From assembly GCA_019429005.1 (NCBI GenBank), contig JAHYJR010000007.1:1-53762 (forward strand): DNA of 53,762 nucleotides, given 5' to 3'. The stretch's first letter is position 1; the number at the start of each line of letters is the position of its first letter. Below, in pieces: positions 29,851 through 39,843 of the stretch. Both the position numbers and the translations under genes were made by a program. A model generated the notes under the pieces. The model was given only the letters and a program-made list of their open reading frames with translations. It searched no databases and was not told the origin of the DNA. The stretch comes from Nanobdellati archaeon. GTDB taxonomy: Archaea > EX4484-52 > GLR71.

Positions 29851-31422
29851 ATGATTTCAAAAACTGGCAAAGATTTTGACATAATCCTAATTACTGCAGA
29901 ATATTATGATGACCATCCTTTAAGCCCAGCTGGAGTTATTGCAAAAATCCTTGATGCTAAAGGTTACAATGTAGGTATCATTGAGGCACCAGATTGGAAA
30001 AAAGATGATGATTTCTTAAAACTAGGAACACCAAAACTCTGCTTCTGTGTAACATCAGGTTCAATTGACAGCATGCTTAACAATTATACACCACTTAAAA
30101 GACAACGATCTGAAGACCCACATGCAAAAATGAACCTTATGCCAGATAGAACATTGATTGTATACTGTAACAAAATAAAACGATTATTTAAAAGAAAACC
30201 TATTGTTTTAGGTGGAATCGAAGCTTCCTTAAGACGTTTTGCGCATTATGATTACTGGGATAATTCTGTTCGCTCAAACATACTTGCAGACACACGAGCC
30301 GATATATTAATCTATGGAAACGGTGAAATCCAGTCACTTGAGATTGCAGAACGCCTCAAAAATGGTAAAGACCTGTTCGGTATTGAAGGCACATCAGTCT
30401 TGTCAAAAGAATTGCCTAAAGATTTCAAAATATTACCATCAACTGAAGATGTGAAAACAGATAAAATAAAATTCATTGAAATGCAAAACATGTTCTCAAA
30501 CAATGAAAATCTAGCACAACCACATGAAACACGTTTTGTATTACAATTCAAATATCCTAAATATACAAGCGAATTTCTTGACTGGATCTATTCTCTTGAT
30601 TACTCAAGAAATTTAAACGAAAAATCATTTCTAAAACTTGCACAATTTTCAGTTGTAACGCATAGAGGTTGCATTGGTGAATGCAGTTTCTGTGCAATAA
30701 CATTTCATCAGGGAAACAAAATTATATCACGTTCAAAAGAAAGCATAATAAAAGAGATTGAAAAGATTTCAAAACATCCAAAGTTCAAAGGTTACATAGA
30801 TGACCTTGGTGGACCTTCTGCAAACATGTACGGCATGGATTGTAATACACCATGCAAAAATAGCTGTATAGGTTGCAAAAAACTAAACTTAACCCACAAC
30901 AGAATCATAAATCTTCTGCAATCTGTACGTAAGATAAAAAATGTCAAGAAAGTCTTTATCCGAAGTGGCATAAGATATGACCTTGCAAATGAAAGCGATA
31001 AGTACATTGAAGAGGTCTCAAAATATCATGTGTCTGGTTACTTAAAAATTGCACCTGAACATTTTTCTGATGACGTTCTTGAACTTATGAACAAACCAAA
31101 AGATAAATTAGATCAATTCAAAACCAAATTTGAAGAAATGAATAAAAATTCTAAACAAACACTAAAATATTATTTCATGGTAGCTCATCCAGGCGATGAG
31201 ATCGATAAATGTAACGACTTAGGTTTAAAACTTAAAGACCAAGATAATGTAGAATCAATACAAATATTCACACCAACCCCAATGACAACATCAACCTGCA
31301 TGTACTGGACTGGAATGAACCCAAAAACTCTTGAAAAAGTGCATGTTCCATATACTTACAACGAAAAGAAGAAACTTAAGAATGAGGTATTTAAGCATTT
31401 GAAAGTGTATTATAGGAAGTAA
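29851..31422 (+). CDS. YgiQ/UPF0313 family radical SAM protein
   Basis: GGIEASLRRFAHYDYW, HRGCIGECSFC, DLGGPSANMY, SGIRYDL, LKIAPEH and FTPTP. Confidence 0.93.
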   Translation: MISKTGKDFDIILITAEYYDDHPLSPAGVIAKILDAKGYNVGIIEAPDWKKDDDFLKLGTPKLCFCVTSGSIDSMLNNYTPLKRQRSEDPHAKMNLMPDRTLIVYCNKIKRLFKRKPIVLGGIEASLRRFAHYDYWDNSVRSNILADTRADILIYGNGEIQSLEIAERLKNGKDLFGIEGTSVLSKELPKDFKILPSTEDVKTDKIKFIEMQNMFSNNENLAQPHETRFVLQFKYPKYTSEFLDWIYSLDYSRNLNEKSFLKLAQFSVVTHRGCIGECSFCAITFHQGNKIISRSKESIIKEIEKISKHPKFKGYIDDLGGPSANMYGMDCNTPCKNSCIGCKKLNLTHNRIINLLQSVRKIKNVKKVFIRSGIRYDLANESDKYIEEVSKYHVSGYLKIAPEHFSDDVLELMNKPKDKLDQFKTKFEEMNKNSKQTLKYYFMVAHPGDEIDKCNDLGLKLKDQDNVESIQIFTPTPMTTSTCMYWTGMNPKTLEKVHVPYTYNEKKKLKNEVFKHLKVYYRK

Positions 31423-31448
31423 TTCTAAAACAAAAAAATAAAAATTAG

Positions 31449-31523
31449 TGAGCCCGAAGGGATTCGAACCCTCGACACCCGGATTAAAAGTCCGGTGCTC
31501 TAGCCAGACTGAGCTACGAGCCC
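31449..31523 (-). tRNA. tRNA-Lys (anticodon UUU)
   Basis: GGGCTCGTAGCTCAG...CCGGA-CTTTTAA-TCCGG...GGTTCGAATCC...CGGGCTCA folds as a cloverleaf; no intron. Confidence 0.97.
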
Positions 31524-31604
31524 ATAATTTTAAAAACAAACTACAGTTACTATATTTACTTATAATTTAATTAAACTAAAGCTTTAAATAGATTTTGGAT
31601 ATTC

Positions 31605-31904
31605 TTAAAAAGGCATATTGTAACTAGATGGTTTACTAAGAGCTAAATAAGCCAAAGGCGTCTCTTTCTCAAAAAGATATCCATACACTTTAGATCCTCT
31701 CATTCCAACATATGTCAATGCCTGAGGAATAAATAATGCCGGAACACACCAAAATAGAGATTCACCAACAATTGAAGCAATAAGTAATGTACCATAACCA
31801 GAAAGAAACGAAACAGGTCCCTCTACAACATAAAAAAAAGTTTCTTGAAATGAAGGTTTCAAAAAGTCCTTAACTTCAGATAAAGATGTACTTTTAGCAT
31901 CCAT
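31605..31904 (-). CDS. Hypothetical small membrane protein
   Basis: 99-aa ORF with two hydrophobic segments. Confidence 0.5.
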   Translation of the reverse strand: MDAKSTSLSEVKDFLKPSFQETFFYVVEGPVSFLSGYGTLLIASIVGESLFWCVPALFIPQALTYVGMRGSKVYGYLFEKETPLAYLALSKPSSYNMPF

Positions 31905-31962
31905 ATAAACTTAAGATAAATCTTTCATACAACTACTATATAATGAAAATTTTATAAACCTT

Positions 31963-32424
31963 TCAACCAAGAGCCCAAATCAAATCTCCAGCAAAATGCA
32001 GGTTCCGAACAACTTTACCAGACTTTAAAGCCATAAGTTCAAAAGAATCCAAAAGAGCAAGCCCAACTGCAAGAGGCACCTTATTTTTCTCATCAATTAT
32101 AACAATAAAATCTCCAGATTTAACATCTTCAGACACAGAAACAATTCCAGGACGCATAATATCTGCACCCTTTGTAACAAACGGAATAGCACCCATATCA
32201 ATAGTTACAGTCTTAAAAGAAATATCTAAATTAGCTCTAACAACTTTAAGCGTCGGATAATACTTACCTTCAAACAAAAAAGCTTTAGGTTTACCATCAA
32301 CAAAAAGCACATCATTATCTAATTCCAAACGACCTTTTACATCAACAATACCCAAAAAACCCATAGCCTCAAAATCAGAAACAATAGATTTCTTATCCCT
32401 TTTACTTATCTGCTTCAAGACCAT
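31963..32424 (-). CDS. PUA-domain RNA-binding protein (DUF1947/MCT-1-like)
   Basis: YPTL, DMGAIPFVTKGADIMRPGI, GKVVRNLHFAGD..W. Confidence 0.92.
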   Translation of the reverse strand: MVLKQISKRDKKSIVSDFEAMGFLGIVDVKGRLELDNDVLFVDGKPKAFLFEGKYYPTLKVVRANLDISFKTVTIDMGAIPFVTKGADIMRPGIVSVSEDVKSGDFIVIIDEKNKVPLAVGLALLDSFELMALKSGKVVRNLHFAGDLIWALG

Positions 32425-32433
32425 ATAAACACT

Positions 32434-33072
32434 TTAATCAAAATAAAATTTTGCAGGCGACACAGTAGGTTGTGCTAGAGGCGGTGCAACTGATGCAACC
32501 GAAAGATCACTAAATATCTTATCAAGAACAAACGGTGGCACTTTCTGAGACTGTAATATGCTCATGATAGGAAGATCAACAGCATCACTTGAATACGTCG
32601 GTAATATATGAAGTGCAAAATGCGGCATAGCCTGACCAGAACTAAAACCACAAGATGTTACAACCGAATACCCTGTAGCTTTAAGTTTAGAGTTAAGCCT
32701 TGAAATCAACTCAAACTGAACCTTACCAAGATTTGACGCCTCAGATGCATTAAGCTCATGATACATTGCAACGTGTCTCTTTGTCACAACAACGATATGA
32801 CCTGAAGTCTTTGGCTGAATATCAAAAAATGCAGCAAACTCATTATCCTCATATATCATCTTTGAAGGTATCTCCTTTTTTGCAATCTTACAAAAAATAC
32901 ATTCAGGTGCAGGGGGTAGACCTTGTGCAACAGGAGCCATACCTTGCATAACAGGTGTAGCCATTTCCAATGCATTGGGTGGCAACCCTATCTTTTGAAG
33001 TACTTGTGCTCTCTGCTCAGGAGGCATATTCTGTAATTGAGTTATTTGTTCTGGAGTTAATTGTGGTGCCAT
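32434..33072 (-). CDS. HIT family protein with degenerate histidine triad and Q/P-rich extensions
   Basis: CIFCKIA, DIQP..GH and GQAMPHFALH. Confidence 0.85.
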   Translation of the reverse strand: MAPQLTPEQITQLQNMPPEQRAQVLQKIGLPPNALEMATPVMQGMAPVAQGLPPAPECIFCKIAKKEIPSKMIYEDNEFAAFFDIQPKTSGHIVVVTKRHVAMYHELNASEASNLGKVQFELISRLNSKLKATGYSVVTSCGFSSGQAMPHFALHILPTYSSDAVDLPIMSILQSQKVPPFVLDKIFSDLSVASVAPPLAQPTVSPAKFYFD

Positions 33073-33078
33073 AATTTA

Positions 33079-33249
33079 TCACATATCTTGCATAATATCT
33101 AAAATCTTAATATGAAGTATCTCGCCTTTACTGTTTCGTGTAATAAATACATTGGATGCAACCTTCTCAATCTTAGCATCTTTAACTTCTTTCAAACTAA
33201 CATTAAGAATATCTTTCTCACAATCCCACTTAATCTTTGCGAAAACCAT
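33079..33249 (-). CDS. DUF2283-like small protein (56 aa), not in the ORF track
   Basis: MVFAKIKWDCEKDILNVSL...KGEILHIKILD resembles the DUF2283 pattern; its stop lies just upstream of the HIT start. Confidence 0.65.
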   Translation of the reverse strand: MVFAKIKWDCEKDILNVSLKEVKDAKIEKVASNVFITRNSKGEILHIKILDIMQDM

Positions 33250-33435
33250 CAACATCAACTGTTTTAATATATATTATATATATTTTAAATTATTTAGTAT
33301 ATATAATAATCAGATATTATAAAAATAAAAACACTAAATATATAATAAAAACTAGAATAATATCAAAAAGAGACCACAATAAATATAAAACTTGTTTATC
33401 GAAAATATGATTACATTAAAAAAAACGTAAATAAT

Positions 33436-33513
33436 GGACTGGTGGCCCAGACTGGCTATGGCGCATGGCTGATAACCATGAGATCGTGAGTTCGAATCTC
33501 ATCCAGTCCACCA
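33436..33513 (+). tRNA. tRNA-Ile (anticodon GAU), CCA encoded
   Basis: GGACTGG/CCAGTCC acceptor stem, CATGG-CTGATAA-CCATG anticodon arm, TTCGAAT T-loop and ACCA end. Confidence 0.97.
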
Positions 33514-33523
33514 TTATTTTTAA

Positions 33524-33871
33524 ATGATACTTATGAACCCTTTAAACACCCCTATAAAAACAATTGACGCTAAAACACATAATAAATATAATCTTGTTCT
33601 TGATACAAAAAGTTTTTTTGTCATAAAATTAGATAATGAAAACAAAAAAATACAAATAACCTATTATAAACCCATAATAGAAAACAATGGTAAGATTATC
33701 AAAGGCACACCGCAATTTATAATCTCAGGAGAAAACGGTCGAGATCTTTACAGAGACATAATAGACCAAAACCTAATATCACAAAAAGATCATGCTGCCT
33801 ATCTAGGATATGAAATAGCAAGAGTAGAAAACGCATTAAAAAACAATACTAAATACATACAAGATAACTAA
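33524..33871 (+). CDS. DUF4346 domain protein
   Basis: C-terminal DHAAYLGYEIARVENAL...YIQD. Confidence 0.8.
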   Translation: MILMNPLNTPIKTIDAKTHNKYNLVLDTKSFFVIKLDNENKKIQITYYKPIIENNGKIIKGTPQFIISGENGRDLYRDIIDQNLISQKDHAAYLGYEIARVENALKNNTKYIQDN

Positions 33872-34524
33872 TCAGAATCTGTTATTTCTCGAACCTTACC
33901 TGCACCAATAAGAATCTCTGCCGTAGCCCCTGGTATTTTAGCTTCATTACCCTTAGAGAATGGTCCATAATCTTTCATATCATTACCAACAAATTGTGGT
34001 ATCTCATCAAGAATTTCAACAGACACTAAATCATCTGAAACAGTCTCTTCAACCTTTTCAACAACACTATCATCAGACAAATCCAATTTTTCTGAATCTT
34101 TCAATAGACTATTATCATCAAGTTCGGATTCCTCTGTATCCTCAACAGATTCAGATGGCTCCTCAGAATATAATATATCACTCAAACCCATCTTATATTT
34201 AGCAACAGCCACTTCAACAACTTCAAAAAGTGCTTTCTCATCAGGAAGCATATTTTTTGGTATTGAACCACCATCCAGTCTCAATCGTGCAGATTCAATT
34301 ATTTTACGTACCCTTCCATCAATAATTGACCTTACAACAGTAAGCGTATGCTGAAGATTAGCCTGATCCTTAAGACTACCTTTTTTAGATAATTTCACAA
34401 TTGTAGCAATATGATTCTTAAGATGCTTATACAGCGCAACATCAAGAGGTTGTAAATCTTGCTTAAACTCTTTTTCGTTTTTCTGTAATTCTCGAAGATG
34501 CTTAAAAGTAATTATTCCTGACAT
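33868..34524 (-). CDS. DNA replication GINS complex subunit (Gins15/51 type)
   Basis: Helical A domain (RVRKII, NMLPDEK) plus B domain IPQFVGNDMKDYGPF..G...IP...AEIL. Confidence 0.88.
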   Translation of the reverse strand: MSGIITFKHLRELQKNEKEFKQDLQPLDVALYKHLKNHIATIVKLSKKGSLKDQANLQHTLTVVRSIIDGRVRKIIESARLRLDGGSIPKNMLPDEKALFEVVEVAVAKYKMGLSDILYSEEPSESVEDTEESELDDNSLLKDSEKLDLSDDSVVEKVEETVSDDLVSVEILDEIPQFVGNDMKDYGPFSKGNEAKIPGATAEILIGAGKVREITDSD

Positions 34525-34710
34525 ACTTACAAATTGAAATATTACAAATAAAAAAGTTAGTATTGAAAATTAAATAATCAAAATAAAAAGATATAATTAT
34601 TTTAAAAAATACTCTTATGCTACATAATTTACAAAAAATACAAGAAACCTAACATTACAACTATTTGAAAGATATAACTAATATAAAATTAAACCCCCCT
34701 ATAAAAAACT

Positions 34711-35334
34711 ATGCTAATCCTAAAAATCGATAAAAATAACCCAGATAAGGAAATTCTCAAACTAGCAAGCGATATCATCAAAAGCAAAGGACTTGTCATA
34801 TACCCAACAGATACCGCTTACGCTATCGGTGCAGACCTTCTTAACTCCGAAGCAATAGACAATCTCGACATCTCAAAACAAAGACAAAAAGAGAAAAATT
34901 ATACGGCAATCGTATGCGATATAGAAATGGCTAAACGATTTGCGCATCTTAGCAATCAAGAAATAAAAGTCATAAAAACACTCATGCCCGGACCATTGAC
35001 TCTCGCAGTACCAAAAAACGAGATAATACCTAACAAAATCCACAAATCAGAGTTCACATTCAGAATCCCTGACAGCATAATCTCAAAAGAGATCTCAAGA
35101 TTATCAAATACAGCAATAACCGCAACAAGTGCAAACATTAGCGGCGAAAATACTCCTTACTCCATAGATAAAATAAACCCCCTACTAAAAGACAAAATAG
35201 ACCTTATCCTTGATGCCGGCGTCCTTAAAAAAACAAAAACAAGCACAATCTGTAAAATAAATGACTTAAAGGTCATAATACTACGAGAGGGTGCAATAAG
35301 TAAAGAAGATATTATAAAAACAATTTCTGATTAA
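34711..35334 (+). CDS. sua5: L-threonylcarbamoyladenylate synthase (YrdC/Sua5/TsaC)
   Basis: YPTDTAY, KxR, PGPLTL, TSANISG, STI and LREGAI. Confidence 0.93.
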   Translation: MLILKIDKNNPDKEILKLASDIIKSKGLVIYPTDTAYAIGADLLNSEAIDNLDISKQRQKEKNYTAIVCDIEMAKRFAHLSNQEIKVIKTLMPGPLTLAVPKNEIIPNKIHKSEFTFRIPDSIISKEISRLSNTAITATSANISGENTPYSIDKINPLLKDKIDLILDAGVLKKTKTSTICKINDLKVIILREGAISKEDIIKTISD

Positions 35335-35390
35335 AAAACCCTTAATAACAATTTAAAAATATTAAACGCAAGAAACTATTCTGTTTTTAA

Positions 35391-35879
35391 ACCATATACA
35401 ACACAATTAAACAAACTATAACAGAAACAAAATAAAAATATAAAGATTAATCACTTATTAGTGATATATAAAATAACCAACAAATAATAGATTTTATAGA
35501 TGAAATATATAAACTTAAATAAGATTATTTATCAAATGCGTTTATTGATAACGAAAATGAGATACCTAATTTAACTAATAATGTTGAAACTTTTGAAAAA
35601 GAATGTAATGCAATTGCAAATGAATTTTAAAAACAGATTAATATTGACATAAATGATAACCCAAATATGACTGTATACCCTTATAACGTAACTGAAAATA
35701 AAAATCAAAAAGCAGTTTCAATAAGTATAAATATTCAAAAAAAGAACGAAAACGATGCGTCTTATACTGAAACTGAACAGATTTTAATCAATATACCAAC
35801 AACCTTAGAGATTATTTATTCAAGTATACAAGACGATTATATCATGATTAAAAATGGAAAAAAACAAACAAGAATATAA
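35391..35879 (+). pseudogene. Possible decayed gene; the 70-aa ORF 35667..35879 would be its 3' remnant
   Basis: The same frame reads protein-like upstream but is broken by TAA at 35433, 35448, 35469, 35520 and 35628. Confidence 0.35.
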
Positions 35880-36075
35880 TATCCAAAACAAATATATAAT
35901 TCCATAATTGAATTTATAATTGAACCAAATAAACCAATAAAAACTAGATACCATAACTGAAGCCAACCCAAACCTTTTTAAACTTATATCGTAAATTATT
36001 TACAATATCTAGTAACTAAAGAATTCTATATTTTTTACAGAACTGGAAATTAAAATTATATTACTGGTGAAATAA

Positions 36076-36375
36076 ATGAAATTACCAAAAGAAATGAAAA
36101 GACACTGCCCTTTTTGTAACAGCCATCAACTACATACTTTAAAACAAGTTAAACCTAAAGGACGAAGCAAATCCAGTTTCAACCAAGCAGACCGATATAG
36201 ACAAGAAAAACTTAACAAAGGTTATGGTGGATCCCCTTATGTTATAATAGCAAACGGTAAAAAATATGGTGCTAAATCAAGTAAAAAAATCATGATTAAA
36301 TACACATGTGGTATATGTAAAAAAGCACATCAATCAAAAAACCCACAAAGATCAAAGAAATTTGAACTAATTTAA
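36076..36375 (+). CDS. rpl44e: 50S ribosomal protein L44e
   Basis: MKLPK..RHCPFC..H, GYGG and C..CKK; GGTGA SD. Confidence 0.95.
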   Translation: MKLPKEMKRHCPFCNSHQLHTLKQVKPKGRSKSSFNQADRYRQEKLNKGYGGSPYVIIANGKKYGAKSSKKIMIKYTCGICKKAHQSKNPQRSKKFELI

Positions 36376-36401
36376 TCTATAATCAAAATATGGTGTAATA
36401 A

Positions 36402-36566
36402 ATGGTCGGACAATTCATAAAAGTTAAATGTTCAAAATGTAATAATGAACAAAACATTTTTAACAAAGCATCTACAGTTATAAAATGTGTTGTATGCAAC
36501 GAAATACTTGCAGAGCCAACAGGTGGTAAGATAAAACTCAAAGCAGACATCATAAGCAATTTATAA
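36402..36566 (+). CDS. rps27e: 30S ribosomal protein S27e (not in the ORF track)
   Basis: FIKVKCSKCNNEQNIF..AST.IKCVVCNEILAEPTGGK. Confidence 0.95.
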   Translation: MVGQFIKVKCSKCNNEQNIFNKASTVIKCVVCNEILAEPTGGKIKLKADIISNL

Positions 36567-36601
36567 CTCAAATAACGAGCACCTTGCATAAAGTGATGTA
36601 C

Positions 36602-37372
36602 ATGAATTCAAAAAAAAAGAAAAACCCTGAAAAAGGGGATTACGTAATATGTACAGTCACAAAACTATATCCAAACAGTGCAAGTGTAACACTAGATGAA
36701 TTTAAAGACCTTGAAGGTATAATTCCTGTTTCTGAAGTTGCAAACAATTGGGTCAAAGATATACGAAAATTCATAAAAATGGACCAAAGAATTGTTTTAA
36801 AGGTTATGCCATCACATAAACGATATGAAGGTCGTATGTTAACATTATCATTAAAAAGAGTCAAACCAATGCAACAAAAGCTAAAAATGAATGAATGGAA
36901 AAATAATAAAAAAGCCATGAATTATTTCATGATTATTGCAAAAAATCTTTCTCAAGACAACATTTCTGAAGAACGCAAAGATGAAATAAAAGACTATTTC
37001 GAAAACCTATACAATGTATTTGAAATTGCTGCAAAAGAAGATGGACAAAGCATACTTGAAGACTTTGGATTTGATAAAGATTGGATATCTGAAATAATAA
37101 AAATTGCAAAAACAAATATTAAAGAAAAAATTATTGAAAAAAGAAAAATCCTTAATATAAAAACCTTCAATATGGGTGGAATTGACGCAATTAAAAAAAC
37201 ATTAGATATAAATAAAAACAATGTTGAAATACGTTATATCAGTGCACCAAAATATGAAGTTTTAACAACTGGAAAAGATTACAAAGAAGCTGAAACACTT
37301 TTAACAGATACAATTGCAGAAATTGAAAAAAATGCCAAAAAGAACAATATTGAAATGACAATCGTAGCATAG
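36602..37372 (+). CDS. eif2a: Translation initiation factor 2 subunit alpha
   Basis: S1 domain (PEKGD, SEVA..W, LSLKRV), ISAPKY and canonical gene order. Confidence 0.93.
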   Translation: MNSKKKKNPEKGDYVICTVTKLYPNSASVTLDEFKDLEGIIPVSEVANNWVKDIRKFIKMDQRIVLKVMPSHKRYEGRMLTLSLKRVKPMQQKLKMNEWKNNKKAMNYFMIIAKNLSQDNISEERKDEIKDYFENLYNVFEIAAKEDGQSILEDFGFDKDWISEIIKIAKTNIKEKIIEKRKILNIKTFNMGGIDAIKKTLDINKNNVEIRYISAPKYEVLTTGKDYKEAETLLTDTIAEIEKNAKKNNIEMTIVA

Positions 37373-37382
37373 GTGTAATAAT

Positions 37383-37556
37383 ATGGCACATATATTCAAA
37401 TGCCCAACTTGTGATACATACACAATGAAAGAAAAATGTAGCAAATGTAAAGAAAAAACAAAAAGACCCGTACCTCCTCGATTTTCACCACAAGATCAAT
37501 ACGGAAAATATAGACGTGCTATGAAAAAACTAAATGAGGACAAAATTAACAAATAG
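37383..37556 (+). CDS. nop10: H/ACA RNP protein Nop10 (not in the ORF track)
   Basis: CPTCDTYTM..CSKC...PPRFSPQDQYGKYRR. Confidence 0.95.
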   Translation: MAHIFKCPTCDTYTMKEKCSKCKEKTKRPVPPRFSPQDQYGKYRRAMKKLNEDKINK

Positions 37557-37566
37557 ATGTGTTATT

Positions 37567-38355
37567 ATGGATACTACTGAAATAATTATACTAAAAAAAC
37601 CAACACTTAATAAACCAATATTTATTAGTGGTCTTCCTGGTGTAGGTTATATTGGACGTAATGTTGTTGCATACATTATAGATCAATTAAAAGCAGAGAA
37701 ATTTGCAAAATTAAGATCTCATCATTTTCCACCAGTTGTTCTTTTAGATCATGATAAAACCGGAAAAATAACAGAACTAGCAAACGAATTTTATTTTTAT
37801 AAAGCAAAAAAAAAAGATGAAAGAGATTTAATATTACTTATAGGCGACGCACAAAGCATAGATTCTATTGGTCACTACGAAATTTCCGAAAAAATAATTA
37901 AACTTGCAAAAAAATTAAAAACTGAAGAATTAATTACAATTGCAGGATTTCCAACAGGACAACTTGAAGATACTAAAGATTGTAAAGTCTTTGGAGCAGC
38001 AATAAAAGATAAAGTCATAAAAAAGTTTGAAAAAGAAAAAATTATATTCAAAGACACAAACATTGGTCAAATCATAGGTGCCTCCGGACTTCTTGTTGTG
38101 GATGCAGAAAAAGAAAATATAGATGCTGTTTGCCTTATGGGTGAAACCTCAGGTATGCTATTAAGTGATCCAAAAGCAACAGAATCAGTACTTAAAATTA
38201 TTGTAAAATATTTAAATATCAAAATTGATATGACAAAAATAAAAGAAAATGTAAAAGATACTGAAAAAGTCATTAAAAAAATAGAAAGTATCCAAAAGAA
38301 AATGACAAATAATGCATCAAAAACAAAAACAGAAGAATTAGGATATATTGGTTAA
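37567..38355 (+). CDS. Proteasome assembly chaperone (PAC2) family protein
   Basis: GLPGVG.IG, HFPP, GDAQ, IIGASGLL, CLMGET, DP and a C-terminal YIG. Confidence 0.92.
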   Translation: MDTTEIIILKKPTLNKPIFISGLPGVGYIGRNVVAYIIDQLKAEKFAKLRSHHFPPVVLLDHDKTGKITELANEFYFYKAKKKDERDLILLIGDAQSIDSIGHYEISEKIIKLAKKLKTEELITIAGFPTGQLEDTKDCKVFGAAIKDKVIKKFEKEKIIFKDTNIGQIIGASGLLVVDAEKENIDAVCLMGETSGMLLSDPKATESVLKIIVKYLNIKIDMTKIKENVKDTEKVIKKIESIQKKMTNNASKTKTEELGYIG

Positions 38356-38376
38356 TCATAATAATAAAATTATTAG

Positions 38377-38568
38377 GTGATAAAAATTAAAATTTATATA
38401 AAACCAAAAGAAATGAATAGATTTGAAAAAGCAAGAGTTATAAGTGCAAGAGCACTTCAGCTTTCTATGGGAGCACCACAGCTCATAAAGACAAAAGAAA
38501 TCGATTCAATAACAATTGCAGAACTTGAGTTTGAAAAAGACGCAATACCAATAACAGTATTACGATAA
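38377..38568 (+). CDS. rpoK: RNA polymerase subunit K (Rpo6); start uncertain (GTG 38377, ATT 38386 or ATG 38413)
   Basis: RFEKARVISARALQLSMGAP...IPITV. Confidence 0.95.
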   Translation: MIKIKIYIKPKEMNRFEKARVISARALQLSMGAPQLIKTKEIDSITIAELEFEKDAIPITVLR

Positions 38569-38577
38569 GTTTAATAG

Positions 38578-39750
38578 GTGAATCCTATAAAAACAGATGA
38601 CACTATAAACAAAATACATGGATACAAAATTCTTGACAGCAGAGGTAATTGGACACTTGCTGTTGAAGTCAATAACTATATAGGTATAACTCCAAGTGGT
38701 GCAAGCACAGGTACATATGAAGCAAAAACCATTGATACCGAAAAAAGTGTTAATCTTGTAAATACTAAACTACAAAAACTTGTTGGAATGCCATTAAATC
38801 AAAAAATAATTGATAATGAACTTGAAACGATTGATGGTACAGACAATTTTTCAAACCTAGGTGGAAACACAACAACTGCAATATCAATGGCTGTTTATAA
38901 TGCCATCGCATCAAAAACACAAGTGGGAAACATATTCCCATACCCACTTGGAAATGTATTCGGTGGTGGTGCACATGGTGGATATACAGAATTTCAAGAA
39001 TTTCTTGCAATACCTACAAAATCTAAAACAATCATAAATGCAATTGAAACAAATGAAATTTTATACCATACTTTAAAAACAAAATTACTTAAGATTCAAA
39101 AAGGTAATATAGGCATCAACGATGAAGGTGCACTTACTGCAAAACTTAATAACATACAAGCACTTGATATTATCACAGACATCGCAGATGATGTAGGGTG
39201 TAGAATTGGTCTTGATATTGCTGCAAGTGAATTTTTTGATGGTAAAACATATAATTATAAAACAAGTGGAAAAAAACTAAAACCTGAAGAACAAATTGAA
39301 TTCGTAATTGAACTTATAAAAAAATACAATTTATATTATGTTGAAGATCCACTAAATGAGTTAGATTTTGAGGGTTTTAAAGAAATTACAAAAAAAGTAG
39401 GTAAACAATGTTTAATATCAGGAGACGATCTTTTTGTAACAAATACAAAAAGACTTGAAATGGGCCTAAAATCTGCAAACGCAATCATAATAAAACCAAA
39501 CCAAAGAGGCTCAATAACAAGAACAATCGAAACCATAAATTTAGCTAAAAAAAACAATTATACTCCCGTAATATCACACAGATCAGCAGAAACCACAGAT
39601 ACAACAATAGCAAGACTTGCACTTGACTATAGCATACCTATAATTAAAGCAGGTGTAGTCGATATGAGAATTGTAAAACTTAACAGTTTAATACAATACT
39701 GGAATAATTCAGAAAAACCAAAAATGACAAAACCGAACCTTAAATTATAA
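38578..39750 (+). CDS. eno: Enolase (short form); start may be ATA 38587
   Basis: ILDSRGN, PSGASTG, GGAH, QEF, DEG, EDP, GDDLFVTN, IKPNQ and SHRS. Confidence 0.95.
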   Translation: MNPIKTDDTINKIHGYKILDSRGNWTLAVEVNNYIGITPSGASTGTYEAKTIDTEKSVNLVNTKLQKLVGMPLNQKIIDNELETIDGTDNFSNLGGNTTTAISMAVYNAIASKTQVGNIFPYPLGNVFGGGAHGGYTEFQEFLAIPTKSKTIINAIETNEILYHTLKTKLLKIQKGNIGINDEGALTAKLNNIQALDIITDIADDVGCRIGLDIAASEFFDGKTYNYKTSGKKLKPEEQIEFVIELIKKYNLYYVEDPLNELDFEGFKEITKKVGKQCLISGDDLFVTNTKRLEMGLKSANAIIIKPNQRGSITRTIETINLAKKNNYTPVISHRSAETTDTTIARLALDYSIPIIKAGVVDMRIVKLNSLIQYWNNSEKPKMTKPNLKL

Positions 39751-39843
39751 AAACAAAAATTTAAAAAAATAAACGATTAATTTATAAAAACAAATCAAAA
39801 TAGTATACTAATAATAATTAAACATAATATATTGTGATTTAAT

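Noticed and set aside
31291-31539. 82-aa ORF on the - strand
   Set aside because: It overlaps tRNA-Lys and the radical SAM gene, so it is spurious.
34691-34712. preQ1-I riboswitch-like tail (CCCCCTATAAAAAACTA) before sua5
   Set aside because: The 5' G-rich strand and loop needed for the P1 stem are absent.
35391-35879. TAA stop-codon reassignment
   Set aside because: Many conserved genes here (proS, tfb, rpl44e, eno, rps2) end correctly at TAA.
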